Positions 37,507 to 45,712 of a stretch of DNA of 64,000 nucleotides are shown one piece after another. The DNA comes from Oscillospiraceae bacterium (GTDB lineage Bacteria > Bacillota > Clostridia > Oscillospirales > Ruminococcaceae), in the NCBI GenBank assembly GCA_900768705.1, contig CAAGEB010000007.1, forward strand, positions 3,164 through 67,163. The letters are read 5' to 3'. Numbering within the stretch: the first letter of the stretch is position 1; every line of letters begins with the position of its first letter. The position numbers and the translations under genes were made by a program. The notes under the pieces were generated by a model. That model saw nothing but the letters and a program-made list of their open reading frames with translations, had not been told where the DNA came from and did not search any database.

Positions 37507-37626
37507 ATTTTGAGTGCGGCGACGGGCGAGCGCTGCCTCTTGTCGGGTTGAGGAATAACCCGGCTTTTGGCTGCACTTCGGAGCAAGTGCGGGGTTCGAC
37601 TCCCCATGTTATAACTATGCTCAAAA
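37507..37626 (+). other. GC-rich multi-hairpin element with a tRNA-like T-arm (not a tRNA)
   Basis: Closing stem TTTTGAG/CTCAAAA. Hairpins at 37544-37562, 37573-37590 and 37591-37605 (GGGG-TTCGACT-CCCC). Confidence 0.4.
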
Positions 37627-37709
37627 AAGTAACAAGCGCATTTTTACTGTTAATTTTACTGCCACAGCGCTGACGTCATCGCAGGGTGGGATAGGGGAGA
37701 TTTTTTATT

Positions 37710-39596
37710 ATGGCTATGCCGATTTTTGACTGTTTTGATACCGGTTACAAGCACCCGTTCGGTGCGCTTCGGAGGGGTCAGCCCTCTATGTTCAATCTCA
37801 GATTTCCGAAATATATGGATATACGGGATTTAACGCTGGTAATGTTCCGTCCCGGATATAAGGAGCGTTTTATCGAGCTTACTCTTCAGGACGAGAGCAG
37901 CGATGATAATATATATTCCTGCGTTTTTACTCCTAACAACACCGGACTGCACCATTATTATTTTACCTGTGTGCTTGACGGAAGACGGCGTTATATCAAG
38001 CGTTCCGGAGCCAGCGAGGGCGTTTTTGAGGGCGCAGAGCTGTTTCAGCTTACCGTTTATGATGAAAATATGTACACTCCCTATTTTATCCGCGGGGGAA
38101 TAATGTATCAGATTTTCCCCGACAGGTTTGCAAAAAGCGGAAAGCACCACGAGGGCGTTCCCGCAGACCGTATTATCAGGGACGACTGGGAAGGTACGCC
38201 GTACTTCCGTCCCGACGATAAGGGTATTGTCCGCAACAACGATTATTTCGGCGGCGATCTGCAGGGAATTATCGAGAAACTGCCCTATATAAAGTCTTTG
38301 GGGGTTACGGTAATCTATCTTAATCCTATTTTTGAGGCTCACGAAAATCACCGCTACAATACCGCCAATTATGAGAAAATCGATCCTATGCTTGGCACGG
38401 AGGAGGATTTCAAGGAGCTTTGCGAAAAAGCCTCCGCTATGGGTATTGATATTATTCTTGACGGAGTATTTTCTCATACGGGCGCAGATTCCGTATATTT
38501 CAACAAATTCGGACGGTACGGCGAGCATACGGGAGCCTATCGTGACAGAAACAGTCCCTATTATCCTTGGTACAGCTTTATTGCGTACCCCGAGCGTTAC
38601 GACAGCTGGTGGGGAATTACCACTCTGCCCAATGTAAACGAAAATAATCCTGAATATACAAACTATATCTGCGGAGACGGCGGAATTCTTCAAAAGTGGA
38701 TAAAGCTGGGAGCAAGGGGCTGGAGACTGGATGTTGCCGACGAGCTTCCCGATGAATTTCTCGATAATCTGAATGTTGCTGTAAAGAAAATGGGAAGTGA
38801 CAAGATTATTTACGGCGAGGTCTGGGAGGACGCTTCAAACAAGGAAAGCTACGGTGTGCGCCGCCGCTATCTTATTGGCGGTCAGCTGGACAGCGTTATG
38901 AATTACCCCTTTAAGGAAGCAATTCTGAATTATGTCAAATATGCGGACGCAAAGGTGTTCAAGGACAGTATTCTTTCAATTCTCGACCACTATCCCAAGC
39001 CTGCTGTTGATATGCTGATGAACTTTCTGTCAACTCACGATACCGAGCGAGCTCTCACACGGCTGGGCGGCGAAGATGTGGGCTGGCACGATAAGGACTG
39101 GCAGTGTGAACGCCATCTTGACGGGTCTCAGTATATGTACGGTATTTCGCTGCTTAAATGCGCTATGGTATTGCAATTTTTCCTGCCGGGAATACCGAGT
39201 GTGTATTATGGAGATGAAGCGGGAATGGAAGGCTATCGGGATCCCTTTAACCGCCGCTGCTATCCTTGGGGCAATGAAAATCTTGATCTGGTTGAATTTA
39301 CCAAGCAGCTTGCAAAGGTTCGCAGAGGTTCAAGAGCCTTTGAGCAGGGGGATTTCAAGTTTATCGAGGTTGATGATAATGTGTGCGTATTTACCCGCTA
39401 TGACAGAATAACCCGCTGCGCTGCAATTATTTATCTGAACAAATCCACAAAGAGCAGGACATTTGAAATTGTGAATGATGAAACAAGCATGATGTTTGAT
39501 TTTGAGCCTGCCTTTGACCGCTACGGCCGGGGAATAAAGGACGGAAAAATACGGGTTGCGCCCTTTGATTATGGGGTTGTTTACTGTAAAATATAA
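37710..39596 (+). CDS. GH13 alpha-glucan hydrolase (neopullulanase/cyclomaltodextrinase-like)
   Basis: GH13 regions YLNPIFEAHENHRY, GWRLDVADE, YGEVWED, NFLSTHDTER, plus an N-terminal E-set-like domain. No signal peptide. Confidence 0.9.
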   Translation: MAMPIFDCFDTGYKHPFGALRRGQPSMFNLRFPKYMDIRDLTLVMFRPGYKERFIELTLQDESSDDNIYSCVFTPNNTGLHHYYFTCVLDGRRRYIKRSGASEGVFEGAELFQLTVYDENMYTPYFIRGGIMYQIFPDRFAKSGKHHEGVPADRIIRDDWEGTPYFRPDDKGIVRNNDYFGGDLQGIIEKLPYIKSLGVTVIYLNPIFEAHENHRYNTANYEKIDPMLGTEEDFKELCEKASAMGIDIILDGVFSHTGADSVYFNKFGRYGEHTGAYRDRNSPYYPWYSFIAYPERYDSWWGITTLPNVNENNPEYTNYICGDGGILQKWIKLGARGWRLDVADELPDEFLDNLNVAVKKMGSDKIIYGEVWEDASNKESYGVRRRYLIGGQLDSVMNYPFKEAILNYVKYADAKVFKDSILSILDHYPKPAVDMLMNFLSTHDTERALTRLGGEDVGWHDKDWQCERHLDGSQYMYGISLLKCAMVLQFFLPGIPSVYYGDEAGMEGYRDPFNRRCYPWGNENLDLVEFTKQLAKVRRGSRAFEQGDFKFIEVDDNVCVFTRYDRITRCAAIIYLNKSTKSRTFEIVNDETSMMFDFEPAFDRYGRGIKDGKIRVAPFDYGVVYCKI

Positions 39597-39598
39597 AA

Positions 39599-39632
39599 TT
39601 AAGGGGCGGCGATTTGCAGCCCCTTAATTATT
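39599..39632 (+). terminator. intrinsic terminator after the GH13 gene
   Basis: TTAAGGGGC / GCCCCTTAA stem followed by a T-rich tail. Confidence 0.65.
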
Positions 39633-39721
39633 CGGCATTTCTAAAGCTCAATTCCCTACGGCGGCAAGCCACTTTTCCAAAACCTTGAAATAGGATCATT
39701 TTATTGCCCTTAATTTATCAC

Positions 39722-40747
39722 TTACTTATCCTCCAGCTCCCGCAAAGCTTTCAGCTCGTCACGGTTAACTTTAATCTGCCTGTCCTTCAATACCTTCACA
39801 TCATCTTTTTTGACGGTTATAGGCACATCAGGTTTTTTATCCAGCTTCACCTTGAGTATTCCCGTGAGAAGATTTACCTCGATAACCTCTCCCCTGCCGT
39901 CGGCGGTTTCCACATAGGCTCCCATTTTCGGCGTGGTTCGCAGAAATTCTTCATAGCAGTCCTGCTCATATTTCAGGCAGCACATAAGCCGCCCGCAGGT
40001 TCCCGAAATTTTGGTGGGATTAAGCGACAAAGACTGCTCCTTTGCCATTTTTATGGACACCGGCTGGAACTCTCCCAGAAAGCTTGCACAGCAGAAAGGA
40101 CGCCCGCATATTCCAAGCCCACCCAGCATTTTAGCTTCATCACGGACGCCGATCTGACGAAGCTCAATTCTGGTGCGGTAAATTCCCGCCAGATCCTTTA
40201 CCAGATCACGGAAATCCACCCGTCCGTCCGAGGTGAAATAAAAAAGAATTTTACTTCCGTCAAAGGTACAGTCCACATCAATGGGTTTCATATCCAGCTT
40301 ATGAGAGCGGATTTTCTCGGAAAAGGTCTGCATAATTTCCTTTTCACGGATTTTATTCTGCTCCAGCTGCTTGAGATCCTTCTCATTGGCTTTTCTGATG
40401 ATATTCTTCAAAGGTGAGACAATTGCGCTCCTGGGAAATTCCCGATTGGACAGAACTATCTCCCCGCATTCTATTCCCTTGGCGGTTTCCAGAATAACCT
40501 TGTCTCCGTGCTTAAAGGTAATATTGTTGGGGGAAAAATAATATATTTTCCCCACATCCTTGAAACGAACGCCAATAATCTCCACCTTTTCCCCATCGGA
40601 AGCCTCCGAAAAAGCGGGGTTGATTACGGTGCTGTCCGTATGCTCCGGTTGTTTCTGATGCAGTCGGCGTTCTTCCTCTGTGGGCTCCGGATTAACGGGT
40701 TTTTTCTTGGGTGCGATTTTTTCCGTATAATAATCTTTGTTTTCCAT
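39722..40747 (-). CDS. ricT: PSP1-domain protein RicT/YaaT
   Basis: PSP1 C-terminal domain with a Cys cluster (CGRPFCC..CGRLMCCLKYE), in the conserved position after holB. Confidence 0.88.
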   Translation of the reverse strand: MENKDYYTEKIAPKKKPVNPEPTEEERRLHQKQPEHTDSTVINPAFSEASDGEKVEIIGVRFKDVGKIYYFSPNNITFKHGDKVILETAKGIECGEIVLSNREFPRSAIVSPLKNIIRKANEKDLKQLEQNKIREKEIMQTFSEKIRSHKLDMKPIDVDCTFDGSKILFYFTSDGRVDFRDLVKDLAGIYRTRIELRQIGVRDEAKMLGGLGICGRPFCCASFLGEFQPVSIKMAKEQSLSLNPTKISGTCGRLMCCLKYEQDCYEEFLRTTPKMGAYVETADGRGEVIEVNLLTGILKVKLDKKPDVPITVKKDDVKVLKDRQIKVNRDELKALRELEDK

Positions 40748-40786
40748 TGTACTCCTTATTCAGATAAAAATTCACTGCCGTATTAC

Positions 40787-41731
40787 TCAGCCGAATATGC
40801 AGCCGGTAAAATACTCCGCCGACAAAGCCAGATTTAAATTCAGCTCTTCGTTTCCGGCAATTTCAAAAATGGTTTCCAGCATTCTCATAATTTGTTCCTC
40901 CGTGTAATTGGCGGCGATTGCCCGAGCCTGTCCGTCGTCGGAGGATTCCGGCTCAGCTCCCTCCGAAATCGCCATAGCGTCACGGAGAATTTTTGACAAA
41001 TACCCGAATACCTGTGTAAAATCGGGTCTCGCCGTGGGTTCGGAAAGAGCGGCGCAGAGGGAAAAGGCGTCTCTCTTCCCTAGCGCTGCCGCAGCTTTTT
41101 TTGCAATATCTATAAGCTTAGCCCGATCTCCTCCGTTCAGTGCATCAAGACACTCCCCGATATTCCCCGAAAACATCACCGAAAGCTCCCTTGCCTGATC
41201 GGGATTGGTTCCCATATCCAGCAGACAGCGTTCACATTCGGGAACAGGCGTATCCGGAACATCGTATTCCGTCACTCTGGAAAGAATTGTTTCAAGAATA
41301 ACGCTCTTGTTTTCGCAGATAAAAATGAATTTCAGATGAGGAGAAGGCTCTTCGATAAGCTTGAGCAGTGCGTTCAGATACTTATCCAACATAGTGTCGC
41401 AGTCTTCAAAAATATACACCTTGTATTTTCCGTTGTTGGGAAGAATAACGGTGTCTTTAAGTACCGACTTCAGCGCGTCTATCGTATATTTTCCGCCGCA
41501 GCTTTCCTTGACAAAAATCACATCCGGGTGGCATTTGTTTTCGATGTTCCTGCAGGTTACGCACTCACCGCAGGCTGAATTTCCGCACAAAAGAAGCTGT
41601 GCGGTGTATAACGCCATAGTTTTTCTCCCCGATCCCGGATGACCGGAGAACATTATTGCGTGGGAAAGCCTTCCCTTTGCAGCCACATTGTCCAGCCGCC
41701 TTTTCAGCCTGTCCTTACCGTAAAGCTTCAT
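40787..41731 (-). CDS. holB: DNA polymerase III delta-prime subunit
   Basis: RLSHAIMFSGHPGSGRKT, a Cys4 zinc module (CGNSACGECVTC), and SRV sensor motifs. Confidence 0.9.
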   Translation of the reverse strand: MKLYGKDRLKRRLDNVAAKGRLSHAIMFSGHPGSGRKTMALYTAQLLLCGNSACGECVTCRNIENKCHPDVIFVKESCGGKYTIDALKSVLKDTVILPNNGKYKVYIFEDCDTMLDKYLNALLKLIEEPSPHLKFIFICENKSVILETILSRVTEYDVPDTPVPECERCLLDMGTNPDQARELSVMFSGNIGECLDALNGGDRAKLIDIAKKAAAALGKRDAFSLCAALSEPTARPDFTQVFGYLSKILRDAMAISEGAEPESSDDGQARAIAANYTEEQIMRMLETIFEIAGNEELNLNLALSAEYFTGCIFG

Positions 41732-42054
41732 TATACCTTCTCAAATCTTTCGATATTGGTGACAAATACGGTAGCTCCGCCAACCGTAACCTCAACGGGG
41801 AAGCCCGCATAGCCTGCGTCGGAAAAGGTTGCCACATTCTGCACATACTGCTGGCGTTTATGGGAATGTTCCTTTATAACGCCCATAACCTCGTCAACCT
41901 TGTCATCCTCCGAGCATATCATAAAGGTGGTATTTCCCGCCATAAGAAATCCACCGGTAGAAGCCAGCTTGGTTGCCTGAAATCCGCTTTTTGTCAAAGC
42001 GGACTGCACAGCATGGCTGTCGTCGTTATTAACAATCGCATAAATCAGTTTCAT
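41731..42054 (-). CDS. darA: PII-like cyclic-di-AMP receptor DarA (YaaQ)
   Basis: 107 aa, MKLIYAIVNNDD..GFQATKLASTGGFL. Its stop overlaps the holB start by 1 nt. Confidence 0.85.
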   Translation of the reverse strand: MKLIYAIVNNDDSHAVQSALTKSGFQATKLASTGGFLMAGNTTFMICSEDDKVDEVMGVIKEHSHKRQQYVQNVATFSDAGYAGFPVEVTVGGATVFVTNIERFEKV

Positions 42055-42316
42055 AGAATTACCCCTTTCGGAGAGTAGAATAAGCAGGCAAAAGTCTGCC
42101 TTATACTTATTATACTACATTTCTGCGGAAAATGCAACCACTGCGGAAATATTTGATAATTATCCCCAAAATATCAATTAGCACCATCTAAGACAAATTG
42201 TACAAAAATGTATGCGAAAATTCTAATATTTTATACTTGATTTTTTCGGGAAATATGCTACAATATTAATATAGGGAGCTTTTGCTTCTCGTATATATTT
42301 TAAGGAGGTAATACCA

Positions 42317-42487
42317 ATGGCTTATCAGATTTCCGATGAATGCATCGCTTGCGGAGCTTGCGCAGAGGGTTGTCCTGTAAGTGCTATTTCCGAGGGTGAC
42401 GGCAAGTATGTTATCGACGCTGACGCTTGCATCGACTGCGGCGCTTGTGCAGGTACCTGCCCCGTAGGTGCTCCTCAGGCTCAGTAA
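42317..42487 (+). CDS. 2x[4Fe-4S] clostridial-type ferredoxin (56 aa, absent from the ORF track)
   Basis: My translation is MAYQISDECIACGACAEGCPVSAISEGDGKYVIDADACIDCGACAGTCPVGAPQAQ, with two CxxCxxCxxxCP motifs. TAAGGAGG lies 7 nt upstream. Confidence 0.92.
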   Translation: MAYQISDECIACGACAEGCPVSAISEGDGKYVIDADACIDCGACAGTCPVGAPQAQ

Positions 42488-42518
42488 TTACCGCTTGTAT
42501 GCTGTCTATTACTACATA

Positions 42519-42547
42519 AAGCCGTCCGAAAGCCGGGCGGCTTTTTT
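42519..42547 (+). terminator. intrinsic terminator after the ferredoxin gene
   Basis: AAGCCGTCCG / CGGGCGGCTT stem (one G-U pair), then TTTTTT. Confidence 0.75.
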
Positions 42548-42579
42548 GTATGTCCGTAAACAGCGGTACAAGGTGGAGC

Positions 42580-43200
42580 TTATGGCAGTTCTTTCTCCCG
42601 CATATCGTTCCAATCCCTGATATAAATATCCGAAAAGGGCTGCACATCGCCCTCCCTTATGGTAGCCTCATCATATATACCTGCAATCAGAAAACCCGCT
42701 TTTTTTGCGGTTTCGGCACTGTACGCCGAATCCTCAAACACAATGCAGTCCTTTATGTCCGCTCCGAGCTTCTTTGCCGCCCCGAGATATATGTCCGGGT
42801 AATCCTTGAAAGCCCCCACCTCATAGCAGTCAATATAGAATTCCATATAATCAAGAATACCGCTTTTATCCAGAAAAGGCTGAGCAACATCACGGCGAGT
42901 TCCGGTTGCAATGCACATTTTTATCCCCGCCTGCCTTGCACGGTTCATAAAATCCACAACCCCGCTTTTATAGTCTATTTCATTGCGGTAATGCTCCCGC
43001 ATACGGTCGAAGATAGGCTCCATAAAGCCGCTATCCTTCGGGGATTTCAGAAGACTTCCCTTTTCCTTGAACGGCTTCTCCCTTTTTTCCGCAGCAGCTC
43101 TTTCCTCCTCCGCCTTTTTGTAGGCGATAATCTCGCTGTGCCATAATTTCATACTGTCTGCGAGAGTTCCGTCCATATCGAATATGTAATATTTTTTCAT
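42580..43200 (-). CDS. HAD-superfamily (subfamily IA) phosphatase
   Basis: Motif I YIFDMDGTLADS, motif III K.., motif IV VFEDS. Confidence 0.85.
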   Translation of the reverse strand: MKKYYIFDMDGTLADSMKLWHSEIIAYKKAEEERAAAEKREKPFKEKGSLLKSPKDSGFMEPIFDRMREHYRNEIDYKSGVVDFMNRARQAGIKMCIATGTRRDVAQPFLDKSGILDYMEFYIDCYEVGAFKDYPDIYLGAAKKLGADIKDCIVFEDSAYSAETAKKAGFLIAGIYDEATIREGDVQPFSDIYIRDWNDMREKELP

Positions 43201-43337
43201 TATTATACTCCTTGGAATTTTATATTTCTGTCCGATTTCAGTATAACATATTTTTATCCTCTTGTAAAGCTGTTTTTCTACAGAACTAAATAATGAAGGA
43301 ATGCCAAAATTTCACACAACTGTCACAATAATATGAT

Positions 43338-43380
43338 AAAATAAACGCAAAGCGTTTATTTTAGATTGAAATGCCTTGCA
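43338..43380 (+). repeat. promoter-proximal hairpin module, copy X
   Basis: AAAATAAACGC-AAA-GCGTTTATTTT followed by AGATTGAAATGCCTTGCA. Aligns to 60223-60263. Confidence 0.6.
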
Positions 43381-43484
43381 CATCCGTTCGCCTTCGGCGA
43401 ACTCCGTGCATATCGGCAAATTATATCATAAACTTTAGGTTATGATATAATGCCAGAATACACGCATTGCGAAGGGAGAATAAG

Positions 43485-44372
43485 ATGGTAAAAATCAAAA
43501 ATCTCAAAAAATCCTACGGCAGCTTTCCCGTGCTGCGGGGACTTGATATGAATGTACCCGACGGTGTTGTTTACGGATTTCTCGGAAGAAACGGCTGCGG
43601 AAAAACTACCACAATGAATATCATCTGCGATATTATTCCAAAGGACGACGGCGATGTTGAGCTTGGCGGCGGCAAACCCATAAAAATCGGATACCTGCCG
43701 GAAAGCCCCACTATTTTTCCGTATATGACCGCTGCAGAATATCTTGAATACATCGGTGCCTGCACGGAATACGAGGGAGATTTGAAAAAGCGGGCAGCCG
43801 AGGTTCTGGATATTGTTGGACTTACCGCAGCGGCGGGAAGACGCACAAAGGGCTTTTCCAGAGGTATGATCCAGAGGCTCGGAATGGGAGCGGCGATTTT
43901 TCAGAAGCCCGACCTGCTTATTTTCGACGAACCCACCTCTGCTCTTGACCCACAGGGCAGAATGGAGGTTATCGAAATCATCAATCAGCTGAAAAGTATG
44001 GGCAGTACGATTGTACTTTCCACCCATATACTTTCGGATGTAGAAAGAGTTTCCGACCGTATCGGGATTGTAAAGGACGGAGTAATTGCGGAAGAAGGCA
44101 GTCTGAAAGAAATACTCAGAAAGCACGGCGGAGATGTTATCAACCTTACCGTCCGCAATCTGACGCAGGAACAGAAGATTATTCTGCTCAGAGTGGATTT
44201 TGCAAGAGCGGAATATAATGAAAACACAGGGCTTTTCCGTTTCGGTACGGATAATGCGGAGCTTGCCGCCAAACAGCTGATGAAGCTGCTTTCCGACAAT
44301 GAAATTATTGCGGAAAGCTTTAACATCGGTACGGCGACGCTGGAAGAAATTTTCGGAAAGGTGACAGGATAA
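43485..44372 (+). CDS. ABC transporter ATP-binding protein (ABC-2 subfamily)
   Basis: Walker A GRNGCGKTT, signature FSRGMIQRLGM, Walker B LLIFDEPT. ATG 43485 follows GGGAGA. Confidence 0.92.
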   Translation: MVKIKNLKKSYGSFPVLRGLDMNVPDGVVYGFLGRNGCGKTTTMNIICDIIPKDDGDVELGGGKPIKIGYLPESPTIFPYMTAAEYLEYIGACTEYEGDLKKRAAEVLDIVGLTAAAGRRTKGFSRGMIQRLGMGAAIFQKPDLLIFDEPTSALDPQGRMEVIEIINQLKSMGSTIVLSTHILSDVERVSDRIGIVKDGVIAEEGSLKEILRKHGGDVINLTVRNLTQEQKIILLRVDFARAEYNENTGLFRFGTDNAELAAKQLMKLLSDNEIIAESFNIGTATLEEIFGKVTG

Positions 44373-45280
44373 TGCAGCTGAAATATTGTTTCAAGAAAGA
44401 ATGGTCTCTTTTTTCCCGCACGGGAAGAATTTTCGGAGTTATTGCGGCATTGATATTTTTTGCGGTATCAAATCCGCTTTTGTTCAAATTTACGGGTACG
44501 GTGCTGGAACAAATGAACAGCCTTCCCGGCACAACCTTTGCCTCTGTGGCTCAAAGCACCGATTTTTCCGGAATCTCGCCGAATGTGGACAGCTCTGTGC
44601 AAAACGGTCTGGGTATCGATTACAGCACTATGGCGGATATGTACTCCGATTCGGAGATGATGTTCGGAGTTACAATGGCGTATGTATGCTCCAATTCCCT
44701 GTTGGTTATTATGCTGCTGCTTATGCCTGCGGCGGGCGGCGAACAGAAGAAGCGTTCAATGATTGTTCCGCTGTGCAGCGGTCTTAAATACGAGAATTAT
44801 CTGCTGTCGAAATTTATAATCTACCCCATATTTATGCTGGTATCCACCTTCCTTTCGGGATTATTGGCGGGTGCTCTCTGCAATGGGCTGTTTCCGAATA
44901 ACAAAATTCCGATTGATTTAATGCTGGCGGCGGCGATTTTTGCGGCAATTTATATGTTGTTTATCACAAGCGTTTATCTGTCTGTCGGAATCTGCACCTC
45001 TCATCCCGGAATTATGACTGCGGCGGTATATCTGGGAACAATAATCCTTCAATCGCTGCTGGAGGGTCTGGGGCTTTCTCAATTCCATCCCTTTACTCTG
45101 CTCACTCTGGCAAGCGGAGGAATGTTCACGGAAGGTTTTGTATTGTCGGAGAATATACTGAACATTTCCGTTTCCATAGGACTTTCGCTGGTTATTTCGG
45201 TTCTGATGTATTTCCTTGCGCTGGGAGTTCTGAACGCAAAGAAGATCAACAACAAGGAAGAAGTTAAACCGGAATTCTGA
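44372..45280 (+). CDS. ABC-2 type permease
   Basis: Six predicted TM helices. The start shares one nucleotide with the ATPase stop (TAATG). Confidence 0.75.
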   Translation: MQLKYCFKKEWSLFSRTGRIFGVIAALIFFAVSNPLLFKFTGTVLEQMNSLPGTTFASVAQSTDFSGISPNVDSSVQNGLGIDYSTMADMYSDSEMMFGVTMAYVCSNSLLVIMLLLMPAAGGEQKKRSMIVPLCSGLKYENYLLSKFIIYPIFMLVSTFLSGLLAGALCNGLFPNNKIPIDLMLAAAIFAAIYMLFITSVYLSVGICTSHPGIMTAAVYLGTIILQSLLEGLGLSQFHPFTLLTLASGGMFTEGFVLSENILNISVSIGLSLVISVLMYFLALGVLNAKKINNKEEVKPEF

Positions 45281-45296
45281 TTTTATTGCAATATTA

Positions 45297-45339
45297 AAAG
45301 CCGCTTCCGGCTCAAATTTCCGGAAGCGGCGTGTTTTTA
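45297..45339. terminator. bidirectional intrinsic terminator
   Basis: GCCGCTTCCGG / CCGGAAGCGGC 11-bp stem flanked by an A-run and a T-run, between convergent genes. Confidence 0.8.
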
Positions 45340-45370
45340 TTAACAATTTAACAATAACTCTATAAACAGA

Positions 45371-45682
45371 CTATTTCATCATCTTATTGGCGGAATATAC
45401 CACCTCGGCGTAGATTGCCGCCACTATCTGATAAAGCTCCTTGGGAATAGTTTCCCCCGCATTCAGCATAACCAACAATGCGGCAACGCTGTCGTCCCGA
45501 TAAACCGGAACGCCCGCTTCATCGGCAATATTTACAATTCTCTGGGCAAGCTCTCCAAGACCCGACGCCACCACCACGGGAGCGTAATTCAGGTCGGGAT
45601 TGTATTTCAGTGCCACCGCCGCATTCTGCCCGTAAAGGCGTTTGTTGTTGGCGGGAGCCATTGGATGTTTCTGTTTCGGCAT
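45371..45682 (-). CDS. FlhB C-terminal-domain-only protein (EscU/YscU/HrcU switch-domain family, YlqH-like)
   Basis: 103 aa with AVALKYNPD..APVVVASGLGELAQRIVNIADEAGVPVYRDDSVAALL, matching the post-NPTH half of FlhB. Confidence 0.75.
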   Translation of the reverse strand: MPKQKHPMAPANNKRLYGQNAAVALKYNPDLNYAPVVVASGLGELAQRIVNIADEAGVPVYRDDSVAALLVMLNAGETIPKELYQIVAAIYAEVVYSANKMMK

Positions 45683-45712
45683 AATTAAACTCCTTTCTGC
45701 AAGTTCCTTTTC

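Noticed and set aside
37573-37612. A tRNA gene or pseudogene call based on the GGGG-TTCGACT-CCCC T-arm.
   Set aside because: There is no acceptor stem partner for the 3' side. The anticodon-like loop lacks U33, 10 extra nt lie before the variable-arm-like hairpin, and there is no CCA or discriminator context. It is kept only as an unexplained structured element.
43338-43362. The AAACGC-AAA-GCGTTT palindrome as a protein operator (PurR/LacI-like), and ACGCAAAGC as the core of a c-di-GMP-I riboswitch.
   Set aside because: Copy Y breaks the palindrome but keeps a hairpin. The GGCAAA/GNRA-receptor parts of GEMM-I are absent.
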